Positions 10,876-24,406 of a DNA stretch of 64,000 bases are shown in pieces (position 1 is the first letter of the stretch; each line of letters starts with the position of its first letter). The stretch covers positions 620,001 through 684,000 of the forward strand of contig MCFH01000025.1 in the NCBI GenBank assembly GCA_002104945.1, written 5' to 3'. The notes beneath the pieces were generated by a model that made no database searches, had not been told where the DNA came from, and saw nothing but the letters and a program-made list of their open reading frames with translations. Source of the stretch: Piromyces finnis finn. Its lineage: Eukaryota; Fungi; Neocallimastigomycota. The translations under genes and the position numbers were made by a program.

Positions 10876-11840
10876 AAATCCATAGTTATTATTTTTATTT
10901 AAGGATTATAAAAAATAAAAAAATGTTTTTTTTTATTAAAATTGGTATATTTAATATATTTATTAATTATAATTATAATTAATCAATTAGATACAATATA
11001 TGATTAAAGGATAGGATCTATTCTGGATTATTATAATAAAGATAATAATAATACTTTTTTTTTAAAAAAAAAAACATTATAATCTATAAAAATATTATTC
11101 TAATTTCAATTCTTGGCTATAATTTAATTAGAAAAAAAAGAATTGTAATTTAATTAAAATAAGAATAATCCTTTATATTATTTACTTATCTATATATATA
11201 AAAGGAAATTGAAACAGTAAAAATATTTTTTCAAAATAATGTTTTTCACTATAAGGTTTACAAAGATTTTTATAAATTATTATTATGAAATTAGATATAG
11301 CACTAAATTATGAAATTGGAAATTGAAAATTTATTTAACTGTTCAAAAATAAATTATTTAAATAAATAATAAACATAACAACAATAATAATAATAGATTT
11401 TCGTTTTTTTTTTTACTTTTGACAAGGATGTATTTATATTTTTTACTTTTTCACCCTTTTACGAAATTAAATTAATTTAATTTATTAATTTTTTAAATTA
11501 AATCAACTAAATTAACCAATAAAATTTTAAAAAAGTAATAATAAAAATTTAATTATTTTTTTTTTTTTTTTTTAATTTTTAATTTTAAAGAAAAAAGTTA
11601 ACTTTTTTTAAAAAAAAAAAAAAAAAGAAATGAATATATTATATAATATATACATTAATGTTTTTATTATTTATATCTACAAATTAGTGAATTATTATTA
11701 TTATTGTAATTCTTTTTTTTTTTTTTTATTTTCCTATATAAAATTCTTTTAAAATTTATAAAAAATGAAAAAAAAAAGGTTTATTTTATATATTAAACCA
11801 CAGTTTGATCAATAATTATAAAAATCGGTTTATCGATTTT

Positions 11841-11871
<31 letters not shown>

Positions 11872-12178
11872 TACATTTTTTTAAAAATATATATAGTAAT
11901 TTAATATTTAAAATAATGATGATAAATGGGAATTAGAATTTTTTTAAAAAAAAAAATTGAAAGAAAAAAATTTTTTTCATTAATATAAATATTATAATTT
12001 TATATTAATTAAATTATTATTACATAAATATATGTATATCTTATGATAATAATAATAATAATAATAATAATAGTGGTAGTAATAGTAATAATAATAAACA
12101 ATTTTTAATCGTTGTATACATATAATTTTTCCCACTTAATCTATGTAAGATTTACTATACATTAATTTTTTTTTTTTA

Positions 12179-14040
12179 TTATTTATTACCATTATTGTTG
12201 GCAGTAGAAGAAGTATTATTGGTGTTTGTTGTAGTATCCGAAATAATAGAATTATTTTTTTGATCCTGATTGATGTAAAGATTACTATCTCTTTTATGAA
12301 AACTAAGGGTAAATCGATTTACGGCTTTACTACTTCGTTTAGGAGTAGAGCCTATAGTATATCTATTATTAATAACATCGTTTGGTAGGGAAGAATTGAC
12401 TTTTAATGATATATCACCAATAAAACTGTCATGTTTTTGTTCTCCTGTATAATAGTGATAATTGATCATTTTTGAGAGTACAGCACTCGATCTTGAATAT
12501 GTTGTATAGGTTCTACAGTCTTGTTGACTTTCTTCTTGATTATTATTATTATTATTATCATTAAGATTAAGGTTAAAATTGATATTATTATAATTCTTGT
12601 TTTCATCTTCTAATGAACTTAATTTAAATTTCATGATGACACTTTCCAGCTGTCTTTCCTTATCCCTTTCTTTTTTCTTTAAGATCCATAATATTCTTGC
12701 ACCGTAAATGAAAAAGAAATTTGAAACCGAAAATAGAATATTTAATAAACTCATGACGAAGAAAAAGCCAAAATAATCTCTGAAATTTAGAAAATTAAAA
12801 CTATTTAATAATACAAATACAAAACTATTCAGTGAAAATGCCTGGGAAACTGTTTTGATGTCATCCTTTGTCTTTTCTATATTCCATTCCATAAACAGTA
12901 GTATAATAACAGAGGATATCACCAAAAATTTTTCTATATTGGTTAAATAGGTAGTAAAGTTGGCATAGTTTTCATATACTACACAAGCTTTGTAATTCTT
13001 ATTGTACGGAACGTAGATATTGATGACATCATACCACACAAGATGGGAAATAAAACCAAGAATAAGATCAAATGTAATAAATGAATTAACAAATAGATAT
13101 TTATTATTTCTAACCCAATTAACAAACCAATTCTCCCCAGGGAAATTACTAATTAATCTTTGCAATATCGGTATAATTCTTAGGGTAAAGCTAATGGCTA
13201 TCGAGAAATAGTTTATAAAGCATTTATACGGAACCATTTCACCATAAAATGAAAGTACGGTGATTAAACCTGCAATAGATCCAGTAACAATTAATATCCA
13301 AAAATCTTTAGTTAAAAATTCAAAATACGGTTCGAATTTGGGTATAAATAAAAATACTAGGGAAAAGAGCATCATTAGTATTAAAAAGATGACTATAACA
13401 AAAACAATGAGTCCAATCGGGCTGTCCTCTACACCAATAGAGATATGATAAATTTTTGTTATATCATCTAATTGCCTTGACGTGGTTTCTATTGTTTCAT
13501 TTTTCCTCAAATAGTTTGACAGGTATACCTTGTACTGAACATAATAATCGTAGTCATTCAACGTCTTTAACTCGGGAAGAATTTGAATTTTATTTATTAT
13601 TTCACAATTGATAAACTTACAAACATCCTTATCATCATACAAGTTTTTAATACCCGATAAAACCTTATAATTCAAAAGGGTATGTTTTTGCATTTCTCTT
13701 GAAAGAAAAAATTTTAAAACTTCAACCGAACTTTCTATATTACTATCGGATATATATTTATTGATACTAATACTACTGCCGTCCATATAAGATCCAGAAA
13801 TACCTTCCTTATCACCTAATGAAACTGACTTTTCATACACCGAATTTGCATAATCATACATCCAAAATTTTAAAAATACGGCTTTACCGGAAACTATTCG
13901 ATCATCAACATCTTTGGTAATATACGTTGAAATGTAAGCTTTCCATATTTTTTTTAATATAATATTTTTGGGAAAAATATTTAGTACTACTATTTTAATT
14001 CATAAAAATGATATTTAAACTATTTTCTATTACTATTACT

Positions 14041-14071
<31 letters not shown>

Positions 14072-15237
14072 TAATATATATGCATATTATTTGTATATGT
14101 ATTTATGTATGTTTAGATTTTATCATTATTAAATACCTGGTAACAAATCTGACTTCATTTTTTTAATCATTTCTAATGCTTTAATAGCTTCTTTACTTTT
14201 ATAATTTGGAAATGTAGAGTTTTTTGATGGTCTATAAGAGTATACAAATGCACTAATGGATTGTAATCCTTCTTCGGAATCATCTTTTATTGTTATTATC
14301 ATATTAAAATTTTCAAAATAAATATATATGAAAATAAATTTAAAAATATAAATATAAAATAACTTTTAGGTACTCGAATACATTTTATTAAATTATATAT
14401 ATATATATTATTATTATTATTATTCTTTTACCTGAGAATAAACCGTTAAAACCAATGATATCTTTATTTCCAGCCTTTAATTCTTCATTATATATATATT
14501 TAGCAGTTTCATACAATTCATCCCAGGTTGTTGGAATACTTTTATTATACTTTTTTAATAATTCTTTATTAGAATAGAGTATTGAAAAATTTATGTGTAA
14601 AGGCTATATTAATCATTGATTTTTATTATGATTAAAAATATTAAAAAAATAAATAAATATGTTTATTAATATCAAATGGAATTGAAAAATTAAAAATAAT
14701 ATATGAATTGAAAACGTATATGTTGGGGGGATAAAAAAAATTAATTATATATCATATATTTATATAGGAAAAAAATAGAGGTTTAAAATTAAAAAAAAAA
14801 TATCTATATAATACCAATCCTATCCATTTTCCATTTTCTGTGCATAGCGATAAAAAAATGTTTTGAGAATACATATCAACATACTCGGGTATATATTTAT
14901 TTAAATCAACAAAATAGGATGAATAAGTTGAAGTATGTAATATATTATAAATATATATATCATATTTTGTTGATTTTCTGTTCAGAAGATGTTCCAATGT
15001 ATCCTTATAATCACTTACGACATTTGAAGAATTTGATGGAGTATATAATGTAATTTCTAACTCTATATCAAGATCATTTTCCTTGGAATAATTATTAAAA
15101 TTTCGAACCAAGAAATTTAAATATTCACTATTATCATCATTATAGGATATTGCTAATGATTTTAATACTACGGCTGAACATTCATTATTATCTAATAATA
15201 TAAATAAAATAAAAATAGTTAGTAATATTAAATTCAT
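12179..15237 (-). CDS. Receptor with an N-terminal periplasmic solute-binding-like domain fused to a class C-like 7TM domain; multi-exon
   Basis: Exons of about 15237-14815, 14603-14432 and 14284-14136, then about 13940-12179 (last acceptor uncertain). SBP motifs KYDIYIY, GKWIGLP, LYSNKELLKKYNKSIPTTWDEL, GISGSY. Seven hydrophobic segments in the last exon. Confidence 0.85.
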
Positions 15238-16470
15238 TATATAGATATTATTTATATTTATATTTTAAAGAAAAGGTTTATTAAAATATTGAAATATATT
15301 TATATATATATATAAAAAGATTGAATTCATATTTACATAGTATGAAGAATAGTAGAAAATAAAGAATAAGTAAAAAAAATGTTGACTTCATAATTTTTCA
15401 TGATAATACTTTTTTAAATAAAATATGTTTTTTTTTGGGGGGGATGCTATTCCTTTTTATTTTTTATATATACATAGGAAAAAAAACATATTTTTTTTTT
15501 TTTTTTGAATAAACGGAATATTTTAAATTACACTATAAATTATAATAGGTATTAAAAAAAATTATAAATACCAAATTTATAATTTTAAACTTTTTTTTTT
15601 TTTTTTATTTTTAAGTATATCAATTTTATTTTTTAATGGTACTTTAATGAACAAATCTTTATTTCTTATAAATGTTATAAATGAATCTTTTTTTTTTACC
15701 TTATAATAAAGATAAAAAAAAAATAAAATGGGTAAATAAAAGATGAAATAAAACTTTATACTCTATATATTTGAAAAAAAAAATCATACAATTATACTTT
15801 TTAAAGTTTTTTTTTATTCTACTATATTTTCATCTACCAAAGAGTAAAATGAGTATAAAAATAATTTTTATAATTATTTAATTTTAATAAATTATTATAT
15901 ATTAAAATGAAGGGTTCACTTTAATAAAAGAAGAGGAAAAAAATAATATCATATATATATATACAAAAAAAATATTATTTTCAGATGAGAAAAATATAGC
16001 ATATTTATTAAGTATTTTTTTTTTTTAGCCAAAAATTAATTATAAATTAGCTCTTTAAAATAACAAACTTTTTTTTTCTTAAGCTAATTATCAAGTTTCT
16101 TTTTAAATTTAAACATAATAAAAACCAGGATAAAAATCCAAAATCAGTATTCCTATATATTATTATTATTATCAAAACATTTTTAACCTATTCTAAAAAG
16201 TATATACCTAATATTTAAAACGGTTAGACTTGAACTTTTTAGCATTATAATTAATATTAATATTCATAGAATTATTAAAATTAGTATTAATAACATATCA
16301 TTTAAGTGTCAAATAAAGCTTTTCAAATCTTAAAGAATTAAAATGTTTTTTTTTGACAGCATTTTAAACCCTTTTATTTTTATAATATAGAATTTTATTT
16401 AAAAATAAATAAATTAAACCCAAATGAATAAAAAAAAGAGAGTCAAGTAATTAAAGAAAGAAAAAAAAAA

Positions 16471-16665
16471 TTTTAAAGACATCAAATATTTTTACACTTT
16501 ATTATAATACATGTTATAAAAAAAAATTAAAAATAAAAATAAAAAAAATATGTTTAAATAAATAGAAATTGGGTATAATGTATTCCAGTAATTTTAATTA
16601 AAGAAAGTCACTATTATACTAAAGTATAATAATTGTATTTGACTTTCAATGGGACACCGAACCAA
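16471..16665 (-). mobile_element. Older, diverged 3' UTR fragment of the same LINE family
   Basis: Aligns by eye to 16792-17015 with substitutions and deletions (aaagacatcaaatatt ... gggacaccgaaccaa). Confidence 0.85.
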
Positions 16666-19600
16666 GAAAGAAAGATTCATAATTGAAAATTTTTAAAATA
16701 AGAAAATTATATTGTTATTTATTATCATTAAATAACTATAATTGGTGAAGTATGAAATAATAATCCAATTTTTTTTTTTTTTTTTTTTTTTAACGGCATC
16801 AAATATTTTTACACTTTATTATTAATTTAATTAAAATTATAATACATGTAATAAAAAATTAAAAATAAATAAAAATAAAAAAAATATGTTTAAATAAACA
16901 CAAATGAATAAAAATTGGGTATAATGTATTCTAGTAATTTTAATTAAAGTAAGAAAGCCACTATCATACTAAAGTATAATAATTGTATTTGACTTCCAAT
17001 GGGACACCGAGCCAAAGATCAAAATTTTGTCATGGAACAAAATTATGATCTCCATTGGTTGCGCTGGCCCTCCTGGCCTGTCTTACTGTTTCTTCAGCAT
17101 TGACGCTCTTGGATGTTGCTTCAAATCTTTTGAACATTGACCATTGCTGGCCAATAGCAAAAGGCATGATTTTGGTTAGAAGTTCCGCGGTTACCGTCAA
17201 GAATGGTGTTCCTTCGTTAGTATCAGATTGAATCTGACGCTTACAAAGTTCTTTCCATTCCCTTGAATTGTAATTAATATTGTTAAAACTTCTTCCCCCA
17301 AGAAGGAATTTAAATATTTTACTGCACACACTAGAATAATCATACACATTAATATTCACCGGATTATTAGAACTATTACTATCATTAACTAAATTACTAT
17401 CTAAATTAGAATTATTATCTTCACTATTGCTAACATTACTAATATTATTATTTCTATTATTGTTATTATTACTATTGTTACTATTACTATTGTTACTATT
17501 ACTATTGTTACTATTACTATTGTAATTATTATTACTACTATTGTTACTATTACTATTAATGTTATTACTATCTCTACTGATATTATCAATTTCATTATTA
17601 TTGATAGGACTATTGGAATTACGTTGACTGAAAAAATTTAATAGCTGGACTATAGAATCATAATGTTTAATACGGATATCTCTAAATGTTGGACAATCTA
17701 ATAACCAATGTTTAATACTTTGATCTCCACACTTGCAACATGGACAGTAGTTAGGACAAACTGGATCAACAAATTTGGCAGCTTTGGCAACTCTAGCATC
17801 CAACTTGTATCCGCTTCTTGCTTTCAATAGCCAGTAGAAGCCATAGGCAAACTCTGGGTACTCATAACATAATTTAATAAAATCTTTAGTTTCAATAAAT
17901 TTATTATCATCATAATATTGCGCTTTGATTGAATTCCCTTTGAGATCTTTCCAATAAAAGTTTTTAATTGCTTTAATATCTCCATGCTTCTTTAGTTTTT
18001 TATCAAGTGTCCTACTTGATTTGCACCACGTGTATTTTCTAAATTTAGGAATGTAATTGACAAGGTGTGAGATAATACAATTTGAGTTTTTCCATTTGTT
18101 AAAACATCTAACCTGAGCTAACGCACATTTGGCTGACAATGGAGGAATATTCAAATCTTTTGAAATAGAGTATAAAGATATAAACGATACAGCTCTATGA
18201 ACTCCGGCAACCCATCGTATTCCTTTGTTAACATGCTTCTGAGCAATCCTAGACCTGGCTTTGTTGGATCCAAGTAATGGTGCAAAGTATGAAACTCTGC
18301 TAATCACTTGTGAGTTAAGTACTAGTTTTTTGAAGGGAATAGGAATATTAGGATTTCTTAAGAATTTACTGACTGAAAAAAGTCCTTTCAAAACCTTGTT
18401 ATTAAGAACTTTAATTACTGGTTTAAGGGACAGATTCTTATCAAATGGAACACCAAAATAAGTATAACAATCAGTAGTTGGAATGGGTTGTCCTGCTAAG
18501 TAAAATGTTGGATCTCTCTTGTTCTGATTTTCTATTGATTCAGGACGAATCACCATCGTTGAACACTTCTGGATACCAAATTCCATTTCATTATACAATG
18601 CCCATTCATTAACTCTTCTAAGCATCTTTTTTAAGCATCCTCTTGTTGGAGCACAAATAACTATATCATCTGCAAAAAGTCCACCACAGCATCGAGTGTC
18701 ACCTAAACTGACTCCTAGATCTTCGCACTCTCTAAATATATCATTAATAAAGAGATTAAAGAGAATAGGAGAAAGAGGGCAACCTTGACGGACTCCTTTC
18801 TTCACATCAAAAGATTTCGAGAATTGTCCATCTAATTTGACATTAGCCTTAGATGTTAAATATAAATTTTTGATAAATTGTAGACTCTTACCTCGGATTC
18901 CTAAACAATCTAATTTATGGAGAATATTACCGATTGGGACTGAATCGTATGCTTTCCTGAGATCTAAAAAGGCCAAATATGTCTCTTTATTATCTAATTG
19001 ACGTCTACGGCATATTTCTTGGATTGAAATGAAAAGACTAATACTTTCTTCCTTTTTTCGAAAACCAAATTGTTCAGGTCTAATGAAATTATTCTTTAAA
19101 CCATATTCTGAGATTCTAGTGGTGACAATTTTGGAAATCAACTTAATACCATTATTGATAAGTGATATACCTCGATAGTTATCACAATCTGTCAAATCTC
19201 CCTTCTTAGGAATAGAAACAATACTGGATTCATTCCATGAGTTGGGGAAATCTCCATCCCAAATACGGTTGAATAATTTAAGAATAAAATTTAAACCATG
19301 AGCATCATTATCTGAAGTGGTATTACCAGAAGAATTATTATCTGTAGCATTATTAGAATCATTACTTGATGGAACTAATGCTTTGTAAAATTCAATTGGA
19401 ATACCATCCGGACCTGATGCTTTATAATTTGGAGTAGTGAGGATAGCTGACTTGACTTCATCAATACTAATATCTTGGTTGATATCCCACTCATCAAGCA
19501 TAGGAAGTGAAAAACGTTTATTCGTTGGTTCTTCATACCAATGCTCCAAATCAAGACTTACACCACTTGGGTCTGATGCAAGATTTTCGAAATGATCATG

Positions 19601-22433
19601 CCACACATCTAGTTGTTCTTCCGTAGCAACAACTAATTCTCCATTTTTATTTTTAATTGGTTGAGCAATAAAGAAAGAATCTTTTCCAATTTTTGCAGTT
19701 TTCTTGATCCATTTCCAGGCCTTCTTAGGATTATGACTCTTCATATACTCACATCCTGTTTTAATCCAATGAAGATATTCTTGCTTCCTAAATTCATTAC
19801 ATCTTTTGTGGATGTAATCAATGAGTTTACGGTAGATTTTAATTCTTTTAATAAATTCATCTATATCATAAATTCTTTCTTTTTTAAAACTCTTATACAA
19901 CTTCATTTTGATTTTTTGAAGATTAAAAATTTGTTGTGAAATATGAAATGAAGACTTTATAACATTATTTGCTGAGGTAATACTGAGCTCGTCTGCAATT
20001 GAAAAAGCAGTTGAAGTAAACTCTTTGGAAAGTTCATCTGTAGAAACATTAGGATCGTTGGATTTTGCTGAAAGTATTTGGAATTTATTATGACTGAGAA
20101 TAGATTCCTTTTCCTCAATACATTTTAATCTATTCCATTTCAGAATTTTCTTAGGAACATTAAAGTCATTAGAAAAATCTTCCATAGGAATAATTTTACC
20201 ATTAATAAGAAGTGGCTTATGGTCTGATACAGGATAAAAATTATTTATAAATGATCCTGAGTGAATAAGATCTTTCATCTTCGAATTGATAAGAGCATGG
20301 TCAATGTCGGAAGATTGATCACCTCGAGTCCAAGAGATAGTAGACCCTCTAAGCGGAAGAATTTCCCAATCTCCTAATCCATTAGTTGATAACCAGTTGG
20401 ATAATTTTACTTTAGACATATTAAAATCACCAACAAGAATCGATGGATGGGATGAATGAGTTTGTAATCACAAGCGAACTTCTAACTTTGCATGATCAAC
20501 ATAGATGTTGTGATGACTATGAGGCATATAAACATTACCAATCGAGCATTTGAATCTATTCCAGAGACTAAAAGTATAAATAGAAATAATATACTTTCCA
20601 GAGAAGTTTTCAAGTGAGGCTTGACATGAATTGTGAAAACCTAAATATAAACCTCTCATTCCCGGAACTGATTCGTCAGCTTTCTTGAAAAAGTGTCTAT
20701 AGTTTCGCAAAGTAACACGACAAGGATAATCTGTATTCGATCCAGAACCATTACCAGTTTCTTGGAAACATAAAAATAATGGTTTGAAAATAGCTGTGAA
20801 ATAGCTAATACTATCTCTCTTTTCGTGATTCCACCCATTGGTGTTCCAACTAAGACAAAAAGAAAAGTTATCAGGCTTGTTGGATGAGGAAGAATCGTTG
20901 CTATTATTATTATTATTATTAAAGTCATCGTTATTAATGGATGATGCATCAGAGGAATAAGTAGAACTATTACTAGATGGCTGTGAAACTGAAGAACTAT
21001 CAACTATTGAACTGTTATCAGAGTTGATAGAGCTATTAGAATTAATTGTTGAATGTTGAGATTGAAATTGTGTTTGCTGTAGATCTGGAATATTTTCATG
21101 ATTGGAAACTTGTTGAAGATCTTGTTGAAGATCTAGTTGAAGATCGGATTGTTGATGAGATTGTTGAACTGATTGTTGAAATGATTGTTGAATAGAATGT
21201 TGATGTTTATTAGAAACTAAAATTTTACGTTTGAGAGTGGAAAAAGTGTATTTGTGATTCCTTCTACTACGAGCTGAAAAGGAAATTGAGGTAACTGAAA
21301 GTTTCTTCTTTAACATGTGTAAGATTTTAATACAATCTTTCGATGAACCATGAACCTTGACTAAGAAAAAGTGATCATTGAAAGTCTGAAAATATTTAAC
21401 ACTAATAACTGAATTAAATTTATCTTCTAGAATAACCTCGAGTTTTTCCCATAGCATATTTACTGACCATGATCGAATACCACGGATAAAGAAGGAGCGA
21501 ATATCATCTAAGGGGATACCATAAGACCGGGTACCACGTCTGATATAATTCTTGTCTTTAATATAAAGGACTGACATGATAATAAATTCTAATTAAAAAT
21601 ATTGAATATAAAATAAATACTAATAAAAATTATAAATATAACGTATATGGAAAAAAAAATCTGTCTCTCTCTCTCTTCTTAAAAGTACTGGATAGTACAA
21701 AAATTGTTACGATGCTTTGTTTAAAGTTTCTTTTTTTGAATTCTAGTTGTAAATTTTCTTTAAAAATTCTAGTTTTGGTTTGTTGTTAGTAAATTCGAAT
21801 CGCTTTTTGACACTAAACTTGTTTGACTTACTTTTCATTAAATATTTAAATTGGTAAAAAATTTGAATCAAGAATGTCGACACCAGAAAGCTTGTGAATA
21901 GTATTTTTACATGATGTAGAGTGAATCAGTCTCTTACAAGAAACAATACAACAATAGCTACATGAATATAAATTTTTTTTTTTTTTTTTTTTTTAACGGC
22001 ATCAAATATTTTAAACTTTATTATTAATTTAATTAAAATTATAATACATGTAATAAAAAATTAAAAAATAAAAATAAAAATAAAAAAAATATGTTTAAAT
22101 AAACACAAATGAATAAAATTTGGGTATAATGTATTCTAGTAATTTTAATTAAAGTAAGAAAGCCACTATCATACTAAAGTATAATAATTGTATTTGACTT
22201 CCAATGGGACACCGAGCCAAAGATCAAAATTTTGTCATGGAACAAAATTATGATCTCCATTGGTTGCGCTGGCCCTCCTGGCCTGTCTTACTGTTTCTTC
22301 AGCATTGACGCTCTTGGATGTTGCTTCAAACCTTTTGAACATTGTCCATTGCTGGCCAATAGCAAAAGGCATGATTTTGGTTAGAAGTTCCGCGGTTACC
22401 GTCAAGAATGGTGTTCCTTCGTTAGTATCAGAT

Positions 22434-22436
<3 letters not shown>

Positions 22437-22471
<35 letters not shown>

Positions 22472-24007
22472 GGCATCAAATATTTTAAACTTTATTATTA
22501 ATTTAATTAAAATTATAATACATGTAATATAATAATTAAAATAAAATAAAAATAAAAAAAAATATGTTTAAATAAACACAAATGAATAAAAATTGGGTAT
22601 AATGTATTCTAGTAATTTTAATTAAAGTAAGAAAGCCACTATCATTTCAACAATCCGATCTTGTTGAAGATCGGATTGTTGATGAGATTGTTGAACTGAT
22701 TGTTGAACTGATTGTTGAAATGATTGTTGAATAGAATGTTGATGTTTATTAGAAACTAAAATTTTACGTTTGAGAGTGGAAAAAGTGTATTTGTGATTCC
22801 TTCTACTACGAGCTGAAAAGGAAATTGAGGTAACTGAAAGTTTCTTCTTTAACATGTGTAAGATTTTAATACAATCTTTTGATGAACCATGAACCTTGAC
22901 TAAGAAAAAGTGATCATTGAAAGTTTGAAAATATTTAACACTAATAACTGAATTAAATTTATCTTCTAGAATAACCTCGAGTTTTTCCCATAGCATATTT
23001 ACTGACCATGATCGAATACCACGGATAAAGAAGGAGCGAATATCATCTAAGGGGATACCATAAGACCGGGTACCACGTCTGATATAATTCTTATCTTTAA
23101 TATAAAGGACTGACATGATAATAAATTCTAATTAAAAAATATTGAATATAAAATAAATACTAATAAAAATTACAAATATAACGTATATGGAAAAAAATCT
23201 GTCTCTCTCTCTCTTCTTAAAAGTACTGGATAGTACAAAAATTGTTACGATGCTTTGTTTAAAGTTTCTTTTTTTTGAATTCTAGTTGTAAATTTTCTTT
23301 AAAAATTCTAGTTTTGGTTTGTTGTTAGTAAATTCGATTCGCTTTTTGACACTAAACTTGTTTGACTTTACTTTTCATTAAATATTTAAATTGGTAAAAA
23401 ATTTGAATCAAGAATGTCGACACCAGAAAGCTTGTGAATAGTATTTTTACATGATGTAGAGTGAATCAGTCTCTTACAAGAAACAATACAACAATAGCTA
23501 CATGAATATAAAAGTACAATGCAAATGCTAAAGTTGACTACATTGGATTCTTACAAGAGAAGAGTAGTACTACATGAATACATGAATAAAAGAAAAAATA
23601 CAGCAACAAAATGTATTACTCTTCTAATTAAATACTATACAAACTTACCTGAAAAATCAAACATTCACTTATTCATCAAATACTTAAATTTGATGAATAA
23701 AATGTTTTTTAATCGCTCAGTACCATGAGCTTAGTCCTAATAATTTACCCTTGAAGACTAACCAAGCATCCATTGCGCAATGCTTGGATTTAATTCTTTC
23801 TACTCTCTCAGTACCATGAGCATGAGTAGACCCCCTTGAGAAATTACATTTATTAAATAAATGAAGGCACATTCCTAAGAGGGCACCAAGCATCCATTGC
23901 GCAATACTTGGATTTAATTTTTTCTACTCTCTCAGTACCATGAGCATGAGTAGACCCCCTTGAGAAACTACATTTATTAAATAAATGAAGGCACGTTCCC
24001 AAGAGGG
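22437..24007 (-). mobile_element. LINE copy B2, an internally deleted 1.57-kb derivative that keeps both ends, inserted in B1
   Basis: Poly(A) at 22437-22468; 13-bp TSD AGTATCAGATTGA at 22424-22436 and 24008-24020; the 3' UTR joins directly to the Gln-rich start of the ORF at about 22645. Confidence 0.9.
23762..24007 (-). repeat. Two ~124-bp tandem 5' UTR monomers of copy B2
   Basis: Units 23762-23885 and 23886-24007 (ccaagcatccattgcgcaat ... aagaggg). Confidence 0.95.
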
Positions 24008-24124
24008 AGTATCAGATTGAATCTGACGCTTACAAAGTTCTTTCCATTCCCTTGAATTGTAATTAATATTGTTAAAACTTCTTCCCCCAAGAAGGAATTT
24101 AAATATTTTACTGCACACACTAGA

Positions 24125-24170
<46 letters not shown>

Positions 24171-24406
24171 GGCATCAAATATTTTAAACTTTATTATTAA
24201 TTTAATTAAAATTATAATACATGTAATATAAAAATTAAAATAAAATAAAAATAAAAAAAAATATGTTTAAATAAACACAAATGAATAAAAATTGGGTATA
24301 ATGTATTCTAGTAATTTTAATTAAAGTAAGAAAGCCACTATCATACTAAAGTATAATAATTGTATTTGACTTCCAATGGGACACCGAGCCAAAGATCAAA
24401 ATTTTA

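Noticed and set aside
17030-21577. RIP-like hypermutation or programmed readthrough in copy A
   Set aside because: Differences from C are sparse and mixed. The TGA replaces a Trp codon found in the intact copy, so it is a simple nonsense mutation.
23762-24007. Monomer repeats as a CRISPR array or a known hammerhead/HDV ribozyme
   Set aside because: There are no unique spacers and the context is eukaryotic. CTGAGAGA and CTGAGCGA do not fit the CUGANGA core, and I could not build the HDV nested pseudoknot.
23924-24178. 84-aa ORF with poly-Lys
   Set aside because: It reads through the poly(A) tail of C, a B1 fragment and a B2 monomer.
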